From positions 24,519 to 88,518 of the IMG/VR virus record IMGVR_UViG_3300049489_000842: DNA of 64,000 bases. One strand, 5' to 3'. The notes under the pieces were generated by a model. It did no database searches, was not told the DNA's origin, and saw nothing but the letters and a program-made list of their open reading frames with translations. The stretch comes from a virus. Shown here piece by piece: positions 49,701 through 59,998 of the stretch; position 1 is the first letter of the stretch, and every line of letters starts with the position of its first letter. The position numbers and the translations under genes are program-made.

Positions 49701-52083
49701 CATCGAACTTTTTATTTACTATCTCTTCAAGTTCTACTAAATCATTCTCTTGTAGATCTACACCCTTTTCCTTAGCCTTAGTCAATAATACTTCTTTAGT
49801 TGCTTGTGCTTCTTCAGAATCTTCCGTTTCCAGTACTCCGTCTGTATTTTCTACAGCATTCTCTGGCTTTGTTCCTACTTCTGTAACTTTTTCTATAGGA
49901 GATTTAACTTCTGGTTTAGTTGTAACAGTACTTGGAGCTACCTGTTGTATAACACTTACTATTTTTTCTCTTTGTTTGAATGTAGATGAGTATTTTAATT
50001 CCGGGTATTCATTAATTAAAGTATTCAGTTCTGCCGGTGTGTTTGCAGAATGAACTTTCTTGATAACATCAGCTAATTGGTTTTCTATAACCTGTGATTT
50101 AGCTAGTTTTCTTTGTGTAGAGAATGATGATAAGTCCGCTAAATGACTGCTCATAGATTCTATAGCTTTGTCATATTGGTGTATAACCGAGTTATATTCT
50201 TTAATCTTAGCTATTTCTGCATTTGTCTTAGCACTTTCTGGTTTATTTAATAGTTTATCTCTCTTTTCTACATAGTAATCTTTTAAGTCTTGTGTCTGCT
50301 TTAAAGAGAAAGCTGCATTTGTTATCTCAGAACTATTTAGTTTACCTTCTGACTTTTGTATATAAGGTTTTATTTCCTGGATATACTTGTACATATTCCT
50401 CATATGAGTATCCTCCTTCTGGGCTTCTTTAGCCATTTTTTCAAGATGCTCAAAAGTTCCTTTATGGAGGTGGTTCATTATTTCCTGGGAATACACCATT
50501 CTTTCAACCATAGGGTTAAGTACGTCCGGGTCAATCTTGTTTGACAAGGTTGTAATCCTATCTGTTAAGGCTACCTTCTCTACCTCTTTCTTTAGAGCTT
50601 CCTCGCTTTCGAAAATCTTGTTTGCTCCTTTAATGAAGTTTTGCTGATCCTCATAAGCTTTCATTTGTTCTTTCCACCTGCTTTTTGCGCCTATACCTCT
50701 AGTCATCCCTGATTGAATAGGGCTAGATATGGCTCCGATTATACCGGCAGTTATAGTGGAGTTCAACCCGTATAATTCCCCGACCCTTAGAGTAAAGTCC
50801 TTGTCAAACTGGTCTACTATATATTGATCAGATTCTTTCAGTCTCTTTATTATGTTGCTACTTCTATTTGTCTTTTCAAATGTCGATAAAGCTTCGTACT
50901 CAGCCTCTTTTTTAAACACATCCTGACTGGCTTCCTCCAACATATTTAAAGGAACATCTGGTGCTGCTCCTTTTAATTTTTGAAGTATACTTGGTTTATC
51001 AATCATCCCTTTTCCAAACTTGGAAGTCATGTTGTCAAACATAGATAAGTTTAAAGCTGACTTTGCTATGTTCAAGTTATACACTCTTTGTGCTTGCTGG
51101 TTAGCTAAGTTGTATGCATCTCTTATGTCTTTTTCTCCCCTTAAAGTAGAGAAACCGACTTTTTCTAGGAATGCGTCATGTGCATCTACTGATTCATACA
51201 TAGCTTCTCCGACACCTTGAAGAAACGTTGCTCCACCTACACTAGCTATTCTGGCTGCAGTCGGGCTAGATTGTAACATCAATTTAAACCCTTCATCTGC
51301 CCTCATAAGATTTCTGGCTACTCTTTCTGTTCTTGTAAGCCCGTTGGCTTTACTGGCCATATTAAGCAGTTTACCTGTAGCAGATACTCCTTTAGCTGCC
51401 CATGTTCCTGCTTTAGTTGCCATTCCTCCAGGAATAGCAAATCCAACAGAACTTTCTAGAATACCGCTGGCAGTTGTCCAGCTAAATACTTGGTCTATAA
51501 TTCCTTCAGATTCTTTTTCGTAAATAGGCATAGCATTATCTACCCCACTTACAAACTTATCCGACAACCAATCTGTCACGGTACTCAAACTTTGAGAGTT
51601 CTCCATACCCGGTATGTTGAGAAGGTTTATATAAGACATAGGGTCTATCATATATCCTACATCCTTTAAAGCTACTCCTAAACCTTTAGCTATACCTCCT
51701 AATATAGCATTAGATCCTCTGGCGAAATTAGATTGCCTGGCTATTCTGTTGTCCACAATTTCATCATAGGATCCTAATGGCCCATAAAAATCATAGTCAT
51801 CATCTAAATCTCTTTCATTATAAGAGTATCTTCCCATATCAGGGGATACCATCTTATATGCAGATTTCTCGAGAGTTGCTTGGTTAGGACTAAAATTACT
51901 TGCTGTGTTCGGATCTACCAACGGTGCAGTTTTCTTTTTAGACTTACTAGAGTTTTTAGATGGTGGGATATCTGTTCCAGAGTCTCCTCCTCCGTTTTCT
52001 ATATTTTGTTGGGTATTAGGATCGAAACTATCTTGATTATAGTAAACCCTGTTCCCTTGACTATCTGTTATGTAATTTGCCAT
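46756..52083 (-). CDS. large virion ejected protein, 1775 aa
   Basis: Adjacent to the RNAP; Gly/Ala-rich hydrophobic N-terminal region and EE..Q motif typical of ejectosome proteins. Confidence 0.7.
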   Translation of the reverse strand: MANYITDSQGNRVYYNQDSFDPNTQQNIENGGGDSGTDIPPSKNSSKSKKKTAPLVDPNTASNFSPNQATLEKSAYKMVSPDMGRYSYNERDLDDDYDFYGPLGSYDEIVDNRIARQSNFARGSNAILGGIAKGLGVALKDVGYMIDPMSYINLLNIPGMENSQSLSTVTDWLSDKFVSGVDNAMPIYEKESEGIIDQVFSWTTASGILESSVGFAIPGGMATKAGTWAAKGVSATGKLLNMASKANGLTRTERVARNLMRADEGFKLMLQSSPTAARIASVGGATFLQGVGEAMYESVDAHDAFLEKVGFSTLRGEKDIRDAYNLANQQAQRVYNLNIAKSALNLSMFDNMTSKFGKGMIDKPSILQKLKGAAPDVPLNMLEEASQDVFKKEAEYEALSTFEKTNRSSNIIKRLKESDQYIVDQFDKDFTLRVGELYGLNSTITAGIIGAISSPIQSGMTRGIGAKSRWKEQMKAYEDQQNFIKGANKIFESEEALKKEVEKVALTDRITTLSNKIDPDVLNPMVERMVYSQEIMNHLHKGTFEHLEKMAKEAQKEDTHMRNMYKYIQEIKPYIQKSEGKLNSSEITNAAFSLKQTQDLKDYYVEKRDKLLNKPESAKTNAEIAKIKEYNSVIHQYDKAIESMSSHLADLSSFSTQRKLAKSQVIENQLADVIKKVHSANTPAELNTLINEYPELKYSSTFKQREKIVSVIQQVAPSTVTTKPEVKSPIEKVTEVGTKPENAVENTDGVLETEDSEEAQATKEVLLTKAKEKGVDLQENDLVELEEIVNKKFDEIDVAIASGKTAKNPEQLYNDVMDEILDTYTSNREDLSKEKEQHELEEKILNKKEIASREGLDGKIPEEFLFDIVKDKVIAQTGRAELLNLESQVQTEDDAKAFESAKKKKEKELSKVSSQTAKNLKGLVKALMREKGDRPTKDDTADFKSMFQDFNSFVEYVRNAMNERFVSENYSALKDIYNTYYKGESLPETYSRFSNADPIVMYPEGMTSEYTDVIVEEIILESHSTNNNFEDVLEESFDNEGTSSNLDPTSSIAHLSVSYITTLDENGNKIQVDNSNPEISASPVLNPEKYNEGTPLIFEVQMNYKGRVSLKQNGDTVYFEDIKKYLINEKGDIRDVTDPVFIEFTKEYELEGVIPEDFIPVRIKGINDEHVGYMHTPNWMNKLRASEEVIAGHQAKMREKRSTVFEHFKSKKEGAVKGTVRHKVIKFENGLYKGFRISRKIGQKVKTSDQVQENTPIVILSVGDNLIGLPSGTKVLNKESVNLYPMGTPFILVPLNKGVDGKMVYHAEPLTHTFLNAGLKDSAKTLISAYLEPGKQESKKTIDFFKKRFNIDIVSPKGLRDMLSQFMYVIDNTEGTVESIAELGSTNGTIMVGINLETGVISFANYGSVQIDRKNMQNTSAAVEVLFSYIDSKIRFAINKKSITSKTPPKVAIRNAEGNWDIIEQPTYRDFVKTNTTTSLQPIPLPDGSNAYTIQNIVDFDISTEGPIKDVDKEESKGEIEQFFKEHGKASIIINHKKSNEVVMDTATLTEVGKIIEEAIIKKHSINHVIGKLNKLGVKPNDVKALEAFIKINSQSNTLPVVTFIENYSIIEEIDKKNRDKSSIGEREEEVKIESAIDLSKYFPGKSLSLSPLTTVEELIDEFQDKDFAYKLIEAVKHPNPKDEVETVVTRSMVYKSQPGNDVKTRDFYISLGNESKILAEALFYSTTSTIEEIEGLMEEVEGIRKSGLSNVDLEGLIKALALSETENRSQKPCN

Positions 52084-52090
52084 ATAGTTT

Positions 52091-54220
52091 TTAATCTACA
52101 AAATCAATGTTAGATAACTCGTTAACCGTATAAGGGAACCTATTTATCACATTCCCATTATCATCATACAACTCTATAGCATAGTTATTTTTACTAATAG
52201 CTACTTTATCTTTAGGATTTGAATAAGCCCCCTTTGTTCCAGGTTTATCATGTGCAAGTAAGACAACAGAACCTTGAACTGTAGTTGGTTTACCATTAGA
52301 ACCTGTAACAGTGTAACCTATCTCTTTATGTTCACCAGGATTCATGTAAGCCATAGTTTCTAGTTTATCAACACTTCTTTTTATAGTTTCATTCTCCAGG
52401 AATTGCTTAGTGTTTCCTATGATGTATTGACCTACGACCTCTTCTTCTCCTGTAGTATTCTTTTGTTTAAGGACTACAGCATTACCATAAACCAGATTTC
52501 TTTCAAACTTTACATCTCCTCCTGAATTTGATAGATAAACTTTTGGATTAGCTGCTCCTACTCCTATAGGAGTTATACTATATTCACCTGCTGTTGTACT
52601 TTTTTTGTAATTCAATAGAGCCTGTTGAAGTCCTACTAAAGTTTCCATATCTGTTATAGGTTTCTTACTAGTTAAACCCATAACTGGTATATTGGATCCT
52701 CCTTTATCCAGGTTTTCTCCTCCGAACATTTGATTTCCTATGTCAGCATAAATACCTTCAGGTGTTCCTTTGGGGAAAACAGTAGCCAAAGGACTTTCTT
52801 TAAACTCCTGATTATAAAAAGGATATTCCTCTGTATGTCCGCTTAAGTCATTCTTTATTCTTGGTACAACTACTTCATCATAGTATTCCAACTTTCCTTC
52901 TTTAGTTAAAGAACCATCAGCATTTAACCATTTATTTTCTAAAGCTTTCTTTTTAAAATCTTCTACTTCTTCATCATAAAACTTTTCTGTTGGTGTCATT
53001 TGCTTTTTTACACCTGTAAAGTCGAACTCTTCTTTCGATCTTAAGTAATCCTCCCAAAATCCCTCAGCGAGGTCCTCTTTCACTGCATCTACGTCTACAG
53101 TTTTATCCTTTCTATATTTTTCATTGATTTTATCCATATTAATTACGGACTCAACTATAGCACCTGTACTGTTAAAGCCGCTTTTAAATATATTCCATAC
53201 TGTAGTAAGGATGTTTTTTGTGTGAGAAACAACTCTACTTACTCCAGGATTTGAGCTTGTATTATCCGGTTTAAGAACTTTGTCTGTGTTATTAAATGTA
53301 GTTATAGTGATATCATTCCTTCCTGTTATCGGATCTCCTGTTGGTGGAGGTGCGTCATTCTCCCCTCCCCCTAAATCTTTAACCACAGACTTTCTATAAC
53401 CACCATCCATAACTGTTTCTTTAATAACAGACTCTGCTACTTTAGAACCCATTGCTGCAATATAATCATCAGTATACCCAACATAGTCTTTAAACGAACC
53501 CCTTTCAGAAGTTGGGTCTTCATACTCTTGAAGTACAGCTGTAAGTTTTGCTAAAACGTCATCTTTGTTTGAGGATATAGTTTTACCTTCACTTGTAACC
53601 ATAACTACAGCTGATGATCCATCTGGCATTTTTTCTTTTTTAAACCTTGCTCCTCCTACAATAAGTTGTTTTGTTTCTTGAGATATACCAGATAAGGCTT
53701 GAGTAAAATCATCAACTATAGAGTATGACATAGGTCCAGTAGATTTCTGAAAAGCATTGGTAGACCCATCTTCATTAAAAGAACCAGCCCAACCTTTTTG
53801 GTACTCCTTATCTAAAACAAGGTTCATGTAAGCCGTGTTTTTATGATGAATCTTAAACACCTGTTCTTTCCATTGGTCTATAGCTGCCTTGTTTTGTTCC
53901 GCTACTTTAACTTTATTTTGAGTCTGTTGGTAAGTCTGCCTTAACTCTATAAAGTCATTTACGAAATTATCGCTAACTCCTTCCTTCGCTATCCGGTTAA
54001 CAATATCATCTTTAGTTTTATGTATATTCCCAACCATAGAACTAACCACAGCCTCATCTTTACTGTCCACATTGTACTTCATAGTGTATGATGAAGCTGC
54101 TAACAAAGCATTAGTTTTAGCCTCAGCTCTGGCAAGAGGAACCATTGAGAATTGCTCTATAGAGATAGGATTAAAAACTGTCGGTTGAACTATTGGTGAA
54201 AATCTATTTACTGTCGCCAT
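52091..54220 (-). CDS. virion cargo protein, 709 aa
   Basis: N-terminal NRF.......F.P motif and position between the tail genes and the RNAP, as in crAss-like phages. Confidence 0.65.
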   Translation of the reverse strand: MATVNRFSPIVQPTVFNPISIEQFSMVPLARAEAKTNALLAASSYTMKYNVDSKDEAVVSSMVGNIHKTKDDIVNRIAKEGVSDNFVNDFIELRQTYQQTQNKVKVAEQNKAAIDQWKEQVFKIHHKNTAYMNLVLDKEYQKGWAGSFNEDGSTNAFQKSTGPMSYSIVDDFTQALSGISQETKQLIVGGARFKKEKMPDGSSAVVMVTSEGKTISSNKDDVLAKLTAVLQEYEDPTSERGSFKDYVGYTDDYIAAMGSKVAESVIKETVMDGGYRKSVVKDLGGGENDAPPPTGDPITGRNDITITTFNNTDKVLKPDNTSSNPGVSRVVSHTKNILTTVWNIFKSGFNSTGAIVESVINMDKINEKYRKDKTVDVDAVKEDLAEGFWEDYLRSKEEFDFTGVKKQMTPTEKFYDEEVEDFKKKALENKWLNADGSLTKEGKLEYYDEVVVPRIKNDLSGHTEEYPFYNQEFKESPLATVFPKGTPEGIYADIGNQMFGGENLDKGGSNIPVMGLTSKKPITDMETLVGLQQALLNYKKSTTAGEYSITPIGVGAANPKVYLSNSGGDVKFERNLVYGNAVVLKQKNTTGEEEVVGQYIIGNTKQFLENETIKRSVDKLETMAYMNPGEHKEIGYTVTGSNGKPTTVQGSVVLLAHDKPGTKGAYSNPKDKVAISKNNYAIELYDDNGNVINRFPYTVNELSNIDFVD

Positions 54221-54253
54221 AATATTTATGTTGTATAATTATACATTTTCTTA

Positions 54254-55789
54254 TTATTTATTAGTCATTGCTTGAGCAATTCCAGACTTCTCCTTCTCTT
54301 TACTAAATTTCTTAGCTATAACATAGTTAACCATACTTTGTCCTAGGTTTCCTATGTTTTGAGTAATCGCGTTACCGTAAGCAGTTCTTTGGGCATTATA
54401 AGCAGCTTCATTTTCCAGGTTAGTAGTATCAGCTAAGAATCTATTTCTGTTATTCAATTCCATAATACCGGCTTTTCCTTGCTGTACTCTGGCGATTTCT
54501 GCTGTATCTAACTGGTTAGCTTGAAGCATAGCATCTCCAATTGCTTTTCCAGTTCCGGCTTGTACAGCTGCAACATTAGAAGCGTATTGTCCAAAGTCTC
54601 CTGAAGAAGAATTCTTTAAAGCTTGTAAAGCTGTTCCTTGTGACCCTTCTATCCCTCTTATAACCTGCTGTCTGTTGACAAGGTTTTCTTTAAAGATGTT
54701 TGGATCTTGAGTACTGTAACCGATGTTCTTTGATTGCTTAAGTTGTCTCCTTTGTATTATAGATGAAATTAGCCCGGCTGTTTGAGTTCCATAACCGGCT
54801 ATAGAAAGTCCGGTATCTATTTTAGATTCATTCTGTTTGAACCAATCCTCAGAGAAGAATTTAGGTTTATCTGGATCCTTTTTCATATACTCGTTCATAG
54901 CCTTATCTGCAGCGGAATCGTACCTTTTTAGTGGATTTAAACTATCCTCTGCTAGAATCTCTTCAGTTGTAAGTTCTCTATCTAAAGGATGTCCTCCATA
55001 CACAAATTGGTTTACACCTTTACTTTTCTTTTGTTGTGCTTGAACCATTCTCGCTTTTTCTTCCTCGTGGAAACGTATGAGTTTATCTTTATAATCATTC
55101 TTAGTCATAAGAGATGGTAAATCTTTCTTTTCTTTAAACGTTCTATCTAAAGATTTAAATGCTTCGGCAAATGTTCGACCTTTAATAAACCCAGGTATCC
55201 CAGGATACTTACCAAAAGGTATATCGTTTGATACAATAAACTTTTTACCGTCAGTATCCGTAATAGCCAACTCTCCTTCTTGTACAGTATTCATCTTACC
55301 ATCCGGGGACATTCCAATCGGTATCCCTCCCATAGGATGTTGTTCATGCGTACCTCCAGAATTAAAATACTGAAAGTCGTACTTATCATTAAACATAGGT
55401 TTCTTTGTTTCCTGAAGTTTAGTCGGATGAGTAGTAGGAACTATACCGTTTGCGTAACCTCCGTACTTCTTCATGTTTGCCCTTAAAGGGTTATTCCATA
55501 TTCCTGCTTTTGCCATTGGTGCTGATAATAAAAGGTTTTGAGTTTTAATCATTTCTTCTTTCTTTTGTAAAGCTTCTGCTTCTTTTTTCTCTTTAGCAGC
55601 ACTGGCTATTCCACCTATCATAGATAAAAACTCTCCACCTACTGCAACAAAAGGTGCAGCAGGGCCGGTCAATACGCTGGCAGAGGAAGCTAAGTTTCCT
55701 AATTCGGATACTACTCCACCGAAGTCATATTTTTTAACCTTTCCGCCATACTTAAAAGTATTACAGCCACATCCTGTTTTCTTTTTCAT
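54254..55789 (-). CDS. virion cargo protein with GG motifs and hydrophobic segments, 511 aa
   Basis: FKYGG, YDFGG, KKYGG, GGTHE..P.GGI, VQEGE, FVYGG; Gly/Ala-rich TM-like stretches. Confidence 0.7.
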   Translation of the reverse strand: MKKKTGCGCNTFKYGGKVKKYDFGGVVSELGNLASSASVLTGPAAPFVAVGGEFLSMIGGIASAAKEKKEAEALQKKEEMIKTQNLLLSAPMAKAGIWNNPLRANMKKYGGYANGIVPTTHPTKLQETKKPMFNDKYDFQYFNSGGTHEQHPMGGIPIGMSPDGKMNTVQEGELAITDTDGKKFIVSNDIPFGKYPGIPGFIKGRTFAEAFKSLDRTFKEKKDLPSLMTKNDYKDKLIRFHEEEKARMVQAQQKKSKGVNQFVYGGHPLDRELTTEEILAEDSLNPLKRYDSAADKAMNEYMKKDPDKPKFFSEDWFKQNESKIDTGLSIAGYGTQTAGLISSIIQRRQLKQSKNIGYSTQDPNIFKENLVNRQQVIRGIEGSQGTALQALKNSSSGDFGQYASNVAAVQAGTGKAIGDAMLQANQLDTAEIARVQQGKAGIMELNNRNRFLADTTNLENEAAYNAQRTAYGNAITQNIGNLGQSMVNYVIAKKFSKEKEKSGIAQAMTNK

Positions 55790-55793
55790 ATCT

Positions 55794-58700
55794 TTATCCT
55801 TTTACATCAAACATAACAGTAACATCATCAAGTGCATAGTCCAGTATACCCTCATGTATTAGTTTTACAAAGATATAGATTTCTCTAAACCTTTCTATAG
55901 ACATTTCTTTTCTAGGTAAGTGTGTTCTGTAAACACCGAACTTATTATAGGAAACTAAATCTAGCTCTCCAGAAGCACCATAAGGACTTGTAACTTCCAG
56001 CTTATCGAAGTTATCCCCCACCAATCTATATTCTAAATTATGAAATACCTTTTCGAAAGAAGGAAATGGACACATCATATAAGTTATACTTGATGGAAGT
56101 ACATCATTCGATGCGTATTTTTCCATAAACCCATCACCAGGTTTTAAGAATAGAAGCTTGTTTCCGAAGTTTATGTGTTTTTTAACTACTGGTGTTTCGT
56201 GAGTATATTTTGCGATAAATTTCTTTATTAAAGAATTGTAAACCATAGAAAAGTTGTCAAACACAAAGAGTACTTCATCTGTATTTCTATGGTAAGCCGC
56301 ACTGATTAGTTGGTTAGGATGTTGTTCCATTATCTCTCTTACACTTAAGGCAGTACTTAATTTATCTTGCTCTACTACATTTATAGTATTAGTTTTTCTG
56401 TCATAATAAAAAAGCGATGTTCCGTCATCAATAACAGTGTTTTTGTCAACACATCCGGCTACAGTCGTAATATACTTATGGTCATAAAGTACGGCTCCTA
56501 TTCCTAGTTCTATGTTCACTCCATCTACAGCTTGAGTTTGAATCCTTGGGTTAATAGAAAGTAAGCATATAGCATTTTCCTGGAAAACTATTATTTCTCC
56601 TTTAAAGTTATAGAGTTTCGATATACTGCCATAAACTCCTTCCAAGTACCTATTTTCATTTACAGGAAATTTTAGCCAACTATCTATAACTTCATTAGGA
56701 AACTTTTCAGCTGAGGATTGTACTACTGAATTAAACATATTAACTTCATTATAAAAAGCAGGTACGCTTAAAGCTTTTCTAAAATTAGGTGATTGATTAT
56801 AAGCACTTAGTAGTTTGTGATTATCATCTATTCTATACAATCCATAATTAATAGATGGATTAGGGTTATTTATCCATTGGTACTCCGAGTCGCTTCTACA
56901 AAATATATTATGATTGTTTTCTATATCCGTTATTTTTATGTGTTCGTATATGTTGTAAGTTCTGTCTTTTAATAAGTTTTCAGAGTCTACTCTATTTACA
57001 CATAAAGGTCCTTTGTATATATCCCCTATATAATCTACTAAATCAAAAGATACATCAGAAAATGATAGTTCTCTTACAGATCCATTCACAAGATATTCAT
57101 TTCTTTGTTTAGATGTATAAGTATTACCTCCATATTGACCTGTCAAAGTCCTGCATAAGTCTACTATCGGTATTCTTCTTATATTATCTGGACCTGTTAA
57201 TAATCCAAATCTTCCCCAATCTGCATCTAAATAGTGCCAATCCGCAGCACTGAATTCTAGTGCTATACATCCTGAATATTTATTGTATAAACTAGCTGTA
57301 CCGCTTATAGAATCTTTTAAAATATCCTCTGCATCAAGGACATTCGATGCAACCCTTGTATTTGAGTTTAATGATAATGATTCTTCCTTTTTGAGGAATG
57401 TACTTGGATTAGATAGAGTTACCTTTTCATAAGTATCTGTATCTCCGGATAATAAATCTAACTCATTATAGTTTCTAAAAAAAGAAGCTTTAAATGTTTT
57501 AGTATCCCCAGTTTGAGTTATTACATGTAAGTAATGAGTAGGAGATTCTGAAAAATCCGGATTATATCCAGTTAATTGTAGACTATTATATAACTTTACT
57601 TTTGTAGATTCTCCACCTACTATCTGCTCTAGAAGAGTATAGTTATTTGTATCTATTTGCTTTGCTGTACCTCTACAAACTATAAATGTACCGCTGTCTA
57701 CTATATTTTCAAATATAGTATCCGATGAATAAAAAAACATAACTTCACTATATTCTGTAGGATAAAATAAGTCTGTATCATGCCAATCTTTTCCATCTGT
57801 ATATGCTGTACCTATTACAAGTCCTGCGTCAGTTACGTTGTATAAGTCTTTTACATTGTGATACGGGCGATAATAATTGTCGTATAAAGTTGCCGGAGGA
57901 TCTGAATATCTAACACCAGGTACAAGAAATCCTTGAGATATTACACTTCTATCCCATTCTTTACGTTCAACCATTACTATTTGATATTTAGTACACCCTA
58001 AAGATGTTGCTAATGTTTGACCGGCAGATGTTAAAGTCATTAAAGGCCAGTAAGACTCTTTCCATTCAGCATAAGGAATCTTATAATCGCATACCCATTT
58101 AGCTGGACTAGGTTGGCCGTAATTATTATAAAACACAATACCGAATCTATATGTCTCTCCTTGTTTTAAGGAAGGGTAATTAAACCTGGCTAATTCCCCT
58201 GTCATGCTTATAGCTTTAAACCTTATCTGTACATTAGGCCCTGTAACACCAAAATAAGACGTAGATTTCATCCTACCATATACTATTTGATCAAAGTTTA
58301 TACAATCATGTTCTTTACCTGGTATTAATGTACTAAAATCAGTTCTTATCGCAGAATCGGATCCATCTGCATTTTTAACTCTATAATTAATGGAGTTTAA
58401 CTCATGACCAAAAGCTCTTGTATCTATGTCAGGATTGAAATTATTTATTTTATAGTTTGCTACAAATAGTCTATTTCTTTTTACAGCCATTGTATTTACT
58501 ACCAAATCTCTTCCTCCTATAGAAACAAGTTCAAATTCAGAAGAAGAAGAAATACCTTCATTACCAGCATCTACGAAAGAATAAGAAGAACCAAATTTGT
58601 CCTCTACTATAAGTCTGATTTCAGGTGTTTGATCCTTTTCTAAGAAGTGAACTCTGTAAATTCTTATATATTCGTAGTTCGTTGTAACAGATATACTTAA

Positions 58701-59996
58701 TTGTATAGATAATCCTGTATCTTGAGTAGATTCAAAACCTTCACTAGGTTTCGATACAGAAATCATTCTCGATAAAGGGGCTATAATGGATTGGGCTCCG
58801 TTTATATTAAATAAAGAATATGTATACTGTACATTTCCTGGTTTTACGTTTCCTCCTGTAACTAAAGCAGTTTGTGCTGGAAGTAAATCTGTTTTTTCTA
58901 TAATACTTATATTAGTAGATGGATTTAATACATTTATAGATTTTAAGTTTTGAACACCATCTGTCCAATACAGTTTTATAATATCCTCATTTTCATAGTT
59001 CGCGACTACATCAAGCTCGTTTTGACAAGATAATTTAAAACCCTCTGTAGATACTGATGTTGAAATCATACTTATAACTACAGCTCCACTAGCTCCTACT
59101 CCTCCTGTACCGTAAATTCCTGGCGAATATATATCTTCTACACCCCTTCCACCTCCTCCACCGGTATAAGTACCTGCAGAACCATCGATAATAGCCTCAC
59201 CATCTCCACCGGCTCCACCAGTTCCTTGTAAACCTCCAATAGGCCCTCCTGCATTAGAACCATTTCCGCTAATTACACTAGGGCTATTAAAGATAATATC
59301 TCCTATGTTATCATCTCCGGTTGATGACCCATCAGCATTTCCGCCAAATGCTTTTACTAAATCTGTAATACCAAAACTAAAGGCACTTGGATTACCTGCG
59401 ACACTTACATCAGGTAAACTTGATGGTAAAGTCTCATCTGCTACAATTATAGTATATATTTGTCCAGGAGTTACCGATAAAGTACTTTCTGCATAGGAAC
59501 CTCCGGCTCCACCTCTTCCAGAGGCGCTACTTCCATGCATCCCTGTAGCACCTGCTCCATAACACCCTACAGTAATTGATGTCACTCCTTCTGGTATAGT
59601 TAGGGAATATATTCCTGGTATATTATACTCTGTATTTAAAGCTCCAGAAGAATTACTTAAAATAACACTTACTACTCCTTCAGGGGTTACTTCTATCAGA
59701 TAATTTTTACATGGAGAGGGATTTGGAGCATCTATAGTGCCTGTGTTATTTGTAATAAATAAATATAAGTTACTATTAATCTCAGAGTTACCTACAACAC
59801 AAAACCCGTTTAAATTATCAGGAAATAAATTTGCCGGTATTAGTATCTCACTGCCATGGATAGGTTTTATAGAAAGAGATCTTCCATTGTTTATTATACG
59901 GATATTTTCCGCATCCCAATAAACATCTGCTTTCCTTTTATCCGGTGCAGTATCCTGGTCTATTCCTGTACCTATATATCTCTCCTTCTTAATCAT
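55794..59996 (-). CDS. tail muzzle / stabilization protein (P22 gp10-like) with an inserted glycine-rich domain
   Basis: G.DQD...DAENIRI, LYWTDG, QY.Y.L, NRLFVAN, SLK.GETYRFGIVFY, QYGG, GD.Y. Confidence 0.82.
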   Translation of the reverse strand: MIKKERYIGTGIDQDTAPDKRKADVYWDAENIRIINNGRSLSIKPIHGSEILIPANLFPDNLNGFCVVGNSEINSNLYLFITNNTGTIDAPNPSPCKNYLIEVTPEGVVSVILSNSSGALNTEYNIPGIYSLTIPEGVTSITVGCYGAGATGMHGSSASGRGGAGGSYAESTLSVTPGQIYTIIVADETLPSSLPDVSVAGNPSAFSFGITDLVKAFGGNADGSSTGDDNIGDIIFNSPSVISGNGSNAGGPIGGLQGTGGAGGDGEAIIDGSAGTYTGGGGGRGVEDIYSPGIYGTGGVGASGAVVISMISTSVSTEGFKLSCQNELDVVANYENEDIIKLYWTDGVQNLKSINVLNPSTNISIIEKTDLLPAQTALVTGGNVKPGNVQYTYSLFNINGAQSIIAPLSRMISVSKPSEGFESTQDTGLSIQLSISVTTNYEYIRIYRVHFLEKDQTPEIRLIVEDKFGSSYSFVDAGNEGISSSSEFELVSIGGRDLVVNTMAVKRNRLFVANYKINNFNPDIDTRAFGHELNSINYRVKNADGSDSAIRTDFSTLIPGKEHDCINFDQIVYGRMKSTSYFGVTGPNVQIRFKAISMTGELARFNYPSLKQGETYRFGIVFYNNYGQPSPAKWVCDYKIPYAEWKESYWPLMTLTSAGQTLATSLGCTKYQIVMVERKEWDRSVISQGFLVPGVRYSDPPATLYDNYYRPYHNVKDLYNVTDAGLVIGTAYTDGKDWHDTDLFYPTEYSEVMFFYSSDTIFENIVDSGTFIVCRGTAKQIDTNNYTLLEQIVGGESTKVKLYNSLQLTGYNPDFSESPTHYLHVITQTGDTKTFKASFFRNYNELDLLSGDTDTYEKVTLSNPSTFLKKEESLSLNSNTRVASNVLDAEDILKDSISGTASLYNKYSGCIALEFSAADWHYLDADWGRFGLLTGPDNIRRIPIVDLCRTLTGQYGGNTYTSKQRNEYLVNGSVRELSFSDVSFDLVDYIGDIYKGPLCVNRVDSENLLKDRTYNIYEHIKITDIENNHNIFCRSDSEYQWINNPNPSINYGLYRIDDNHKLLSAYNQSPNFRKALSVPAFYNEVNMFNSVVQSSAEKFPNEVIDSWLKFPVNENRYLEGVYGSISKLYNFKGEIIVFQENAICLLSINPRIQTQAVDGVNIELGIGAVLYDHKYITTVAGCVDKNTVIDDGTSLFYYDRKTNTINVVEQDKLSTALSVREIMEQHPNQLISAAYHRNTDEVLFVFDNFSMVYNSLIKKFIAKYTHETPVVKKHINFGNKLLFLKPGDGFMEKYASNDVLPSSITYMMCPFPSFEKVFHNLEYRLVGDNFDKLEVTSPYGASGELDLVSYNKFGVYRTHLPRKEMSIERFREIYIFVKLIHEGILDYALDDVTVMFDVKG

Positions 59997-59998
59997 TT

